A DNA stretch of 59,489 nucleotides, from IMG/VR virus record IMGVR_UViG_3300033562_001863, positions 1 through 59,489 of that record. The stretch is one strand, 5' to 3'. The translations under genes were made by a program, and so were the position numbers. This document shows, one piece after another, positions 35,808-42,330 of the stretch; position 1 is the stretch's first letter, and each line of letters starts with the position of its first letter. The notes beneath the pieces were generated by a model. The model saw only the letters and a list, made by a program, of their open reading frames with translations. It was not told where the DNA came from and made no database searches. This DNA is from a virus (Duplodnaviria; Caudoviricetes).

Positions 35808-36607
35808 TGACAAATAAAGAAACTGTGTTACCATTATTTAGATGGAGTGGCGGAAAGAGAAGTGAGATTGATTTATTCAGGCAGTTCTATCCAGAAAACT
35901 TTTCTACTTATGTAGAACCTTTCTTTGGAGCTGGCGCTGTATTCTTTGATTTACAATTCGCAGGAAATAATATCATAAGCGATATCCACCCAGAAAGTAT
36001 TAACTATTTAAAGGAAATACAAAAAGGGAATGGAAGAAAAATATATGATATGCTTAAAGAAGCAAGAAATGAAGAAGATTATTATTATTATATAAGAGAT
36101 GACTTTGAAATAAAAGACGATACTGATTCTGCTTTCAGGTTTATTTATCTCAGGAAAACTTGCTACCGTGGAATGTTAAGGTATAATAAAAAAGGCGGGT
36201 TCAACATTCCTTTTGGCAGGAGTAAATCTTTTACTTTTGAAGAAATACTAGACCCTAAATACTTTGAACTTCTATCAAGAACAACAATCTTGAACGAAGA
36301 TTTTAGAACAGTCATGGCAAAAACAGAAAGTCCAGAAAGTTTTGTTTTTTTAGACCCTCCATACGATTCTGTCTTCACTGATTATGGTTACTGTACGTTT
36401 GGCAGAAAAGACCATGAAGATTTAGCTAACATATTTAAATCTACTAAAAGCAAGTGCCTACTTATAATAGGTGGAACCCCTCTTATACAGGAGTTGTACG
36501 AACCTTATATTATTGGTAGTTATAGTAAAAAATATGCCTTCAAGATACATAGCGGTCGAGTATCATCTGAAATAGACAAAGAGCATTTAGTAATAAAAAA
36601 CTATTGA
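35807..36607 (+). CDS. DNA adenine methyltransferase (D12/Dam class)
   Basis: WSGGK, EPFFGAGA, FLDPPY. Confidence 0.9.
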   Translation: MTNKETVLPLFRWSGGKRSEIDLFRQFYPENFSTYVEPFFGAGAVFFDLQFAGNNIISDIHPESINYLKEIQKGNGRKIYDMLKEARNEEDYYYYIRDDFEIKDDTDSAFRFIYLRKTCYRGMLRYNKKGGFNIPFGRSKSFTFEEILDPKYFELLSRTTILNEDFRTVMAKTESPESFVFLDPPYDSVFTDYGYCTFGRKDHEDLANIFKSTKSKCLLIIGGTPLIQELYEPYIIGSYSKKYAFKIHSGRVSSEIDKEHLVIKNY

Positions 36608-36632
36608 CAAAGTTTCTATTATAGAGTATAAT
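36604..36632 (+). promoter_or_regulatory. sigma70-type promoter
   Basis: TTGACA-N17-TATAAT. Confidence 0.8.
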
Positions 36633-36652
36633 AAATATGAGGGAAAAATAAA

Positions 36653-36814
36653 ATGCAGAAAGCTATTTTTGTTCAAGATACTACTAAGGTTTTAAATGAC
36701 CATCTTGAAAATGGATGGGAAGTGTTAAAAATAGAAACTTCTAAACCAAGTTTTGGCGGAAATAGTTCCAGATCTGATGCTGGGCTTTTTCTAGTTATTT
36801 TGGAAAAGAAGTAA
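36653..36814 (+). CDS. 53-aa hypothetical protein
   Basis: MQKAIFVQ...LENGWEV...ILEKK; GAGG RBS. Confidence 0.55.
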   Translation: MQKAIFVQDTTKVLNDHLENGWEVLKIETSKPSFGGNSSRSDAGLFLVILEKK

Positions 36815-37039
36815 AAGAAGTTATATTGTAAATATAAATGTATAGGGTTTTAAAACGAGGCAATACTTTCCCTTAAAAAAAGTATATTAACCCATACCAC
36901 TTGTCGCCTTGGCAAAATGTAAAAAAGTTTATACAGTAATACAAGTGGTATATTTTTATTTTTATTGGGTCGTTGGCCGAGAGGTTTAAGGCATCTGTCC
37001 TGAATTATCATTTTGTGTTTTTTCAGACAAGATAATAAT

Positions 37040-37756
37040 ATGAAAAAAACAAAATGGATATGCCCTAAATGCGGTTTTGAGATAAAAAATAGCCGTGAGA
37101 AGCATTTAAATTATTGTAAAGGATACGGCCCCAGGAGCAAGAGGCATAAGATAATAAGAGGCTCCAAAGAGTTTAGCGAAAAAGTTTCAGACGGATTAAA
37201 GAAAAAATATTTAGATGATCCAGATTTAAAAAATAGAGTTAGAAATGGCCTAAAAAAATCATTTTTAGAAGAAAAGTATGATGGTAAAGCAAAAACTGAA
37301 AAACTAGAAGTAGAAAGAAGATTAAAAATATCTCTGACTGCTAAGAAAAACAAGATTTCTGGAGGATTGAGAAAAGGATCAGGAAGAGGTAAAAAGGGAT
37401 GGTATAAAGGATTTTGGTGTGATTCGTCATGGGAACTAGCTTATGTAATATATTGTTTAGACCATAATATAAAATTTTCAAGAAATAACAAAAAATTTGA
37501 ATACATATGGGAAAAAGAAGTACATCATTATACTCCTGATTTTATTATGGAAGATGGACTTTATATTGAAATTAAAGGGTATTTGACTAAACAAGTAGAG
37601 GAAAAAATAAGGCAATTTAATTATCCAATAGAAATAATAGATAAAAATAAAATTATAAAATATGTGGATTATGTCAAAGATAAGTATGGTAAAGATTTTA
37701 TTGAATTATATGAAAATGGAAGAAATAACTGGGAGGGCGTACCAGTGCTGCTTTGA
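37040..37756 (+). CDS. putative homing endonuclease (PD-(D/E)xK, TnsA-like C-terminal domain)
   Basis: CPKCG Zn finger; DSSWE..Y, YTPDF, IEIKG; ATG 37040. Confidence 0.75.
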   Translation: MKKTKWICPKCGFEIKNSREKHLNYCKGYGPRSKRHKIIRGSKEFSEKVSDGLKKKYLDDPDLKNRVRNGLKKSFLEEKYDGKAKTEKLEVERRLKISLTAKKNKISGGLRKGSGRGKKGWYKGFWCDSSWELAYVIYCLDHNIKFSRNNKKFEYIWEKEVHHYTPDFIMEDGLYIEIKGYLTKQVEEKIRQFNYPIEIIDKNKIIKYVDYVKDKYGKDFIELYENGRNNWEGVPVLL

Positions 37757-37803
37757 ATACAGATAGTGGTGAAAGCCATGCGGTTCGAACCCGCATTCTT
37801 CCG
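37718..37803 (+). tRNA. nested tRNA-Ser(TGA)-like RNA
   Basis: GGAAGAA/TTCTTCC-G; loop TTTGAAT; variable hairpin TGGT-GAAA-GCCA; TGCGG-TTCGAAC-CCGCA. Confidence 0.6.
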
Positions 37804-37847
37804 GTTGAAAGGCACCCAGGGTTCAAATCCCTGATGGCCCGTTTTTT

Positions 37848-37919
37848 CTAGTTGTAGCTCAGTGGCAGAGCGGGGCGTTTGGGACGCTCAGGTCGAGATT
37901 TCAAAATTCTCCAACTAGA
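37848..37919 (+). tRNA. tRNA-Pro(TGG)
   Basis: GGGCG-TTTGGGA-CGCTC. Confidence 0.85.
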
Positions 37920-38112
37920 CTTTCTTTCTAGGCTCGGGCCACTGCCTGACCGTTTGGGGCGACCTTACGGAATAAACCAAAGTGTGGAAGTTGTGGTAAT
38001 AAGCTAGAGGTGAAGAACCAGTTACCGAGAAGGAAGTTCCCCTATAAGTGGGTAAAAGATCCCAAATTCATCAAAGGGCGGCGGGCAGCGTGATTGTCCA
38101 CCTATATTTCTA

Positions 38113-38199
38113 GGGTAGTTGGTCGAGTGGTTTAAGACACGACCCTGCTAAGGTCGGGCATTTGAAAAGGTGCCGAGGGTTCAAATCCCTCATTACCCG
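38113..38199 (+). tRNA. tRNA-Ser(GCT)
   Basis: CGACC-CTGCTAA-GGTCG; long variable arm. Confidence 0.9.
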
Positions 38200-38208
38200 T
38201 TTTTTCTT

Positions 38209-38280
38209 ACCAGCATACCCAAATGGTTAGGGGACGCTCTGCAAAAGCGTTAGATGTGGGTTCAAGTCCCATTGCTGGTT
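38209..38280 (+). tRNA. tRNA-Cys(GCA)
   Basis: ACGCT-CTGCAAA-AGCGT; U discriminator. Confidence 0.85.
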
Positions 38281-38282
38281 CT

Positions 38283-38368
38283 GTGGTTGTGGCAGAGCGG
38301 TCGAATGCGTCAGTTTGTGGAACTGATAGGTTAAATCCTCAACGTGGGTTCGAATCCCATCAATCACC
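38283..38368 (+). tRNA. tRNA-His(GTG) with long variable arm
   Basis: TCAGT-TTGTGGA-ACTGA; C discriminator. Confidence 0.8.
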
Positions 38369-38394
38369 TCGCCGATATATTGGAGAAAAATGAA

Positions 38395-38730
38395 GTGAAA
38401 TGTAATGCATGCTTAATACACGAAGAAGTGACGAAATCACTAAATCATTTAGTTCTATCCTCCGATAGGGTTTATCGCTTGCTCGGTATATCCAGCGATG
38501 ATATGGATTGGTATTATATACTAGAAGCTATGAATGGAAAAATGGAATACCATTCTTGTGTTGGCGATTTTGAAGATTTGTTTCCAATACTGCCAGAGCA
38601 AAGGTATAAAGAACTTAGTGATAGTTTTGAAATGAACAAAAAATACAATTTAATACAAAAAAAGAGAATGGATAACATTCTTCCTACAATGTTAGATAAA
38701 TGTTATTGCGAAAAAATGGGATATAAATAA
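38395..38730 (+). CDS. hypothetical protein
   Basis: GTG 38395 after GGAG; the track's start lies inside tRNA-His. Confidence 0.6.
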   Translation: MKCNACLIHEEVTKSLNHLVLSSDRVYRLLGISSDDMDWYYILEAMNGKMEYHSCVGDFEDLFPILPEQRYKELSDSFEMNKKYNLIQKKRMDNILPTMLDKCYCEKMGYK

Positions 38731-38745
38731 CATTAGAAAAAGTCA

Positions 38746-38774
38746 TTGACAAAGTTTTTTAGATATGGTAAAAT
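38746..38774 (+). promoter_or_regulatory. sigma70-type promoter
   Basis: TTGACA-N17-TAAAAT. Confidence 0.7.
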
Positions 38775-38793
38775 TAAAGTAAGGAAGAAGTTT

Positions 38794-38866
38794 AGGCACA
38801 TAGTTCAACTGGCAGAATAGTGGATTCCAAATCCATTGGTTGAGGGCTCAAATCCTTCTGTGCCTG
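38794..38866 (+). tRNA. tRNA-Trp(CCA)
   Basis: GTGGA-TTCCAAA-TCCAT. Confidence 0.85.
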
Positions 38867-39154
38867 TAAAAGGAAACCAAGGAAGTAGCCACCCCCCCCC
38901 TTATTAGGTTGAAGGCTTTCCTTCTAGAAAAAAAGCTATACACAGTGTGGGATAAAACACTGCTAACGGCGTATCTTCCTTGGTGTAAAAGTTAGGTTCA
39001 TTCCTAACCATTACTGGGTCTAATTTTTGTTGGTTTTTATGGCCTGAAATAGAAAAACCAAAGAGGTTAGGTTCTGGTTACACCTGATCCAAAGGGTAAA
39101 AAAGGTGTTCTTGAAAATACCAGCAGAAATGCTGATAATATATAAGTTCTTTGA

Positions 39155-39238
39155 GGGTGATATTCCATACGGGAGACTGTAAATCTCTTGAGTTATTATG
39201 TATGGCGGCGTCAAGTGGTTCAACTCCTCTATCACCCA
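39155..39238 (+). tRNA. rearranged tRNA-like RNA, Tyr(GTA)
   Basis: GGGTGAT/ATCACCC-A; CCATAC/GTATGG encloses GGAGA-CTGTAAA-TCTCT. Confidence 0.55.
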
Positions 39239-39268
39239 AAGTTTTTTTATATCGTATATAATAATAGT

Positions 39269-39469
39269 ATGAAGAGAGAAGAACGTTTTATAGATTTTTG
39301 TTTTGGTAGTTATCGTGAAATGCTACAAATACATTATCTACCTGTTATTGAGATATATTCTCATAGGCATGGAGATAAGAAATACGGAAATCTGATACAT
39401 TTTCATGTTTTATTTCAGTTTATATTTTGGTATGCTGAAATACAAGTAGGAAGATATTTTAAAGAATAA
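39269..39469 (+). CDS. hypothetical protein
   Basis: ATG 39269. Confidence 0.45.
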   Translation: MKREERFIDFCFGSYREMLQIHYLPVIEIYSHRHGDKKYGNLIHFHVLFQFIFWYAEIQVGRYFKE

Positions 39470-39472
39470 ACT

Positions 39473-39545
39473 GCTTTGATAGCTCAGATGGCAGAGCATC
39501 TGCCTTGTAAGCAGAATGTCGAGTGTTCGATTCACTCTCAAAGCT
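39473..39545 (+). tRNA. tRNA-Thr(TGT)
   Basis: Canonical cloverleaf. Confidence 0.9.
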
Positions 39546-39584
39546 TGTAATCCCCCGTGGGCTGCTAATTAGCCCCTTTTTTAT

Positions 39585-39658
39585 GCGAGCTTAACTCAGT
39601 TGGTCAGAGTGTCTCGTTTACACCGAGAAAGTCGAAGGTTCAAATCCTCCAGTTCGTA
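39585..39658 (+). tRNA. tRNA-Val(TAC)
   Basis: TCTCG-TTTACAC-CGAGA. Confidence 0.85.
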
Positions 39659-39661
39659 AAT

Positions 39662-39733
39662 GCGGAAGTAACTCAATGGTAGAGTTTCAGATTTCCAATC
39701 TGACTGTTGCGGGTTCAAGTCCCGTCTTCCGCT
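39662..39733 (+). tRNA. tRNA-Gly(TCC)
   Basis: TCAGA-TTTCCAA-TCTGA. Confidence 0.9.
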
Positions 39734-40069
39734 TAATGAAGAAAGAAAAAATGCTTTTTATATTAGAATGGATATATAAATCTTTAACGTTCACTAGATA
39801 TAGAAATAGAGAACTAGAAAAAGATATTGAAGATCTAATAAGAGACATTAAAAAAGATACTAAAGATTGTTGAACACATTAAAAAGAATTTAGTGGGCGA
39901 GGCCGCAAGGAGGATTGGCGGCTGAATGTACGGGACTAAAGTGGCAATCTCGATGATATATAACGCCACCACCAGGCCGACGCTGGACACTTACAACACT
40001 GGCTGAAATAACGCCGCGAGATAGGGAAGTGCTATCCGCAACTCCTTGATGCGTGAAACGGGGATTTTT

Positions 40070-40151
40070 AGGAGCGTGGCAGACCGGGTAATGTCCCTAT
40101 CTTATAAGTAGTGTGCTCGAAAGAGAGTAGGTTCGATTCCTACCGCTCCTA
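40070..40151 (+). tRNA. tRNA-Ile(TAT) with long variable arm
   Basis: AGGAGCG/CGCTCCT; loop CTTATAA. Confidence 0.7.
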
Positions 40152-40152
40152 T

Positions 40153-40254
40153 AAATCATAGACCTTTAATGGTATTAGCTTGGTTCGACTCCAAGGCTGG
40201 GGTTAGCTTCGGCTTACCCTAGTGTTGTCATCGCGGAGGGATGGCCTATGATTT
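40153..40254 (+). ncRNA. Y-RNA (YrlA)-like circularly permuted tRNA mimic
   Basis: Closing stem, then T-arm, loop-closed acceptor-like stem, GG-containing D-like arm. Confidence 0.5.
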
Positions 40255-40258
40255 TTTT

Positions 40259-40286
40259 ATAACCTATTCAATATTGAATAGGTTAT
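40259..40286. terminator. perfect 28-bp palindrome / terminator
   Basis: ATAACCTATTCAAT|ATTGAATAGGTTAT followed by T-run. Confidence 0.55.
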
Positions 40287-40305
40287 TTTTATTAAGGGGA
40301 TAAAC

Positions 40306-40557
40306 GTGAAACTTTTTATAGGGCAGAAGGTTTTCTGTAATTTTGGCTCTTGGAAGAACCACACTGGTATTATAGCTGTAATTGTTGCCGATGAAGTCGG
40401 TATTGACTTTATTAAAGACCCTAGAACAAACCTGGGTCATAATCTAAGAGGGCACATAAACACTGATACTGGCTGGTGGTATCCAGGGTATATTTTTGAA
40501 GATAAAGAGTATTTCACGATTATTAAAGAAAATAAGCAACTTGAATTTGACTTCTAA
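40306..40557 (+). CDS. small SH3-like protein ending QLEFDF
   Basis: GH.L.G...TGWWYP family. Confidence 0.75.
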   Translation: MKLFIGQKVFCNFGSWKNHTGIIAVIVADEVGIDFIKDPRTNLGHNLRGHINTDTGWWYPGYIFEDKEYFTIIKENKQLEFDF

Positions 40558-40563
40558 AAGTTC

Positions 40564-40592
40564 TTGACGAAGTTTTGACTTCGTGGTATAAT
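40564..40592 (+). promoter_or_regulatory. promoter with palindromic spacer
   Basis: TTGACGAAGTtttgACTTCGTggTATAAT. Confidence 0.8.
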
Positions 40593-40613
40593 AATAGTAC
40601 GGGGGAAAGAAAA

Positions 40614-40958
40614 GTGAAAAAAAATATTTTTTTTATTGCGTTTATCTTTTCTGTTTTCTGCGCTTTTTCACAGGTTCCTAACGACAATATTTATGGAGAT
40701 TATAAAATAGATTGTGAAGGGTGCCCGTATTCTAGGATGTTTGTTTCTATAGATGGAACACTCTATCTTTTTCAAGATAAAAATACTAATCCTACCATTT
40801 ATGTTTATGATTTTATAGATAACCTTATGTTTATAGGAAACGCTGGTTATTATTACTCTTTCAAAAAAGAAAATGATATATGGGTTCTTACCATAATACC
40901 TGCTTTTGGAGAAGCTGGATACAATAAAGTTGTATGTTATAAACTCGGGAGTTATTGA
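40614..40958 (+). CDS. secreted hypothetical protein
   Basis: GTG 40614; signal peptide KKNIFFIAFIFSVFCAFS. Confidence 0.6.
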   Translation: MKKNIFFIAFIFSVFCAFSQVPNDNIYGDYKIDCEGCPYSRMFVSIDGTLYLFQDKNTNPTIYVYDFIDNLMFIGNAGYYYSFKKENDIWVLTIIPAFGEAGYNKVVCYKLGSY

Positions 40959-41242
40959 TGAGTTTTAAAGTTGGAGATAAAGTATTAGTTAAAAAAAATG
41001 TATGGGACAAAAAAGAACTAAATAATAAAATAGGCAAAATAGTAAAAATGAGTTCAGATAAAAGAGAATGTATTATTGAATTTAGAGAAAGCATGAAATT
41101 CTGTCACGACGGATGTAGATATTATATTGATGGAGTAGCAGATATTGTAGGAAAAGATGGATATTGCTGGGGCTTTATTATTAGTGGAGGGAACGATATT
41201 ATTGAGTTAGTTGGAGACAAGCAACTTGAGTTTGCTTTCTAA
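40955..41242 (+). CDS. small SH3-like protein ending QLEFAF
   Basis: FKVGDKV...IEF..H.G..GK.GYCW. Confidence 0.75.
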   Translation: MMSFKVGDKVLVKKNVWDKKELNNKIGKIVKMSSDKRECIIEFRESMKFCHDGCRYYIDGVADIVGKDGYCWGFIISGGNDIIELVGDKQLEFAF

Positions 41243-41252
41243 GGATAAACTT

Positions 41253-41525
41253 ATGAGACCACTTAAAATTGGAGACAGAGTAGTTTGTATTAGAGATTAC
41301 GACAATGGCGGGTGGGCGGGATTAAGTGGAACTGTTGTTGCCATATATGAAAAACGTGATGATGTTGGGGTTGAGTTTGATAGACAATCTAATAAAGGAT
41401 TTGGCTATGGGCACGACCTTAATAAAAGAATTGAAAATGATAACGGTTGGTGGTTTCCTTATTTCGATATATATTATTATGTAAAAATAGTAGAAAAAAA
41501 TAAGCAACTTGAATTTGATTTTTAG
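41253..41525 (+). CDS. small SH3-like protein ending QLEFDF
   Basis: ATG 41253; GGW.G..GTVV..VGVEF..GH.L..GWWFP. Confidence 0.75.
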   Translation: MRPLKIGDRVVCIRDYDNGGWAGLSGTVVAIYEKRDDVGVEFDRQSNKGFGYGHDLNKRIENDNGWWFPYFDIYYYVKIVEKNKQLEFDF

Positions 41526-41532
41526 AAAATGC

Positions 41533-41561
41533 TTGACGAAGTTTTTACTTCGTGGTATAAT
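41533..41561 (+). promoter_or_regulatory. promoter with palindromic spacer
   Basis: TTGACGAAGTttttACTTCGTggTATAAT. Confidence 0.8.
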
Positions 41562-41581
41562 TATTATACGGAGGGAGGAAA

Positions 41582-41776
41582 ATGCCAGAGTTTAAACCTA
41601 AATACCCTGTAGTTTGGAAAGCAATACTAAAAGCTTTAAGGGAAAGTGGAGGTTCTTCCTCTACAAAAATAGCGGTAGAATGTTATGAAGAAATAGAAAA
41701 CTTCATCAGTGCTACCAAGAAATGTGAATGTAAATGTCACGATGAAGATTTAATCAAAGCAGCAGAGAGTATGTAA
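41582..41776 (+). CDS. hypothetical protein
   Basis: GGAGG RBS; between two promoters. Confidence 0.6.
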   Translation: MPEFKPKYPVVWKAILKALRESGGSSSTKIAVECYEEIENFISATKKCECKCHDEDLIKAAESM

Positions 41777-41782
41777 AAATGC

Positions 41783-41811
41783 TTGACGAAGTTTTGACTT
41801 CGTGGTATAAT
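41783..41811 (+). promoter_or_regulatory. promoter with palindromic spacer
   Basis: TTGACGAAGTtttgACTTCGTggTATAAT. Confidence 0.8.
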
Positions 41812-41890
41812 AATAGTAAGAAGAAAATAACAACCCGTATGGGGGGTTCAACAAACAAATAGCTCCGTAAGAAGAGCACAGGAGAAACAC

Positions 41891-42262
41891 ATGAACAACA
41901 TTCAAACCAGCAAGACCGATGAGCGCTTCATTGCCGACATCTTCGTTCCCGGCGTTCCCGAGGAAGCCATTTCCGTTCTGGTAAGGCCAGACACCTGGGA
42001 AGGAAATGCTGGCGACCTCCGCGGCCACGACTTCACCGTGAAGATCAGGGCCGAGAGGCTCCCCGACAACTTCTGCGGTAACAAGTACGTTACCATGAAG
42101 CTCACCCAGGTCTTCGACGTGGACGTTGAGTTCGATCTCAAGAGGCTCCACTGGACTTACAAGGACGGCATCATTCGCGTGAGCGTTCCCAAGCAGCCCT
42201 TCGCCATTGGTGCGGCTGTTCCCAAGTCAGCCGACCTCTGGGTTGAAGCTACCAAGGCATAG
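41891..42262 (+). CDS. Hsp20/alpha-crystallin-like protein
   Basis: VPGV..E.I.V ... YKDGIIRVSVPK; high-expression codon bias. Confidence 0.65.
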   Translation: MNNIQTSKTDERFIADIFVPGVPEEAISVLVRPDTWEGNAGDLRGHDFTVKIRAERLPDNFCGNKYVTMKLTQVFDVDVEFDLKRLHWTYKDGIIRVSVPKQPFAIGAAVPKSADLWVEATKA

Positions 42263-42272
42263 TCCTTAAAAA

Positions 42273-42311
42273 GTGGCGGGGTCAGCTGTATAAGCTTGGC
42301 TCCGCCATTTT
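42273..42311 (+). terminator. Rho-independent terminator
   Basis: GTGGCGGGG...CTCCGCCAT-TTT. Confidence 0.6.
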
Positions 42312-42330
42312 GTTTTGTAAAGTTAATGGT

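Larger units (their letters stand above)
36967..37841 (+). tRNA. interrupted tRNA-Ser: 5' half 36967-37005, 3' part ~37803-37841
   Basis: GGGTCGT pairs with ATGGCCC; D-arm and TCTGT-CCTGAA at 5'; CAGGG-TTCAAAT-CCCTG at 3'. Confidence 0.65.

Noticed and set aside
37006-37753. Group I intron in tRNA-Ser
   Set aside because: The ORF fills nearly the whole insert; no recognisable P3-P7 core
37718-37803. tRNA-Sec (starts GGAAGA, long D-stem)
   Set aside because: Anticodon reads TGA (Ser), not TCA, and the acceptor stem is 7 bp
9459-41525. Tag as an outer-membrane beta-signal (YxF)
   Set aside because: Tagged proteins lack signal peptides and barrel features; the invariant Gln fits a clamp-type motif better
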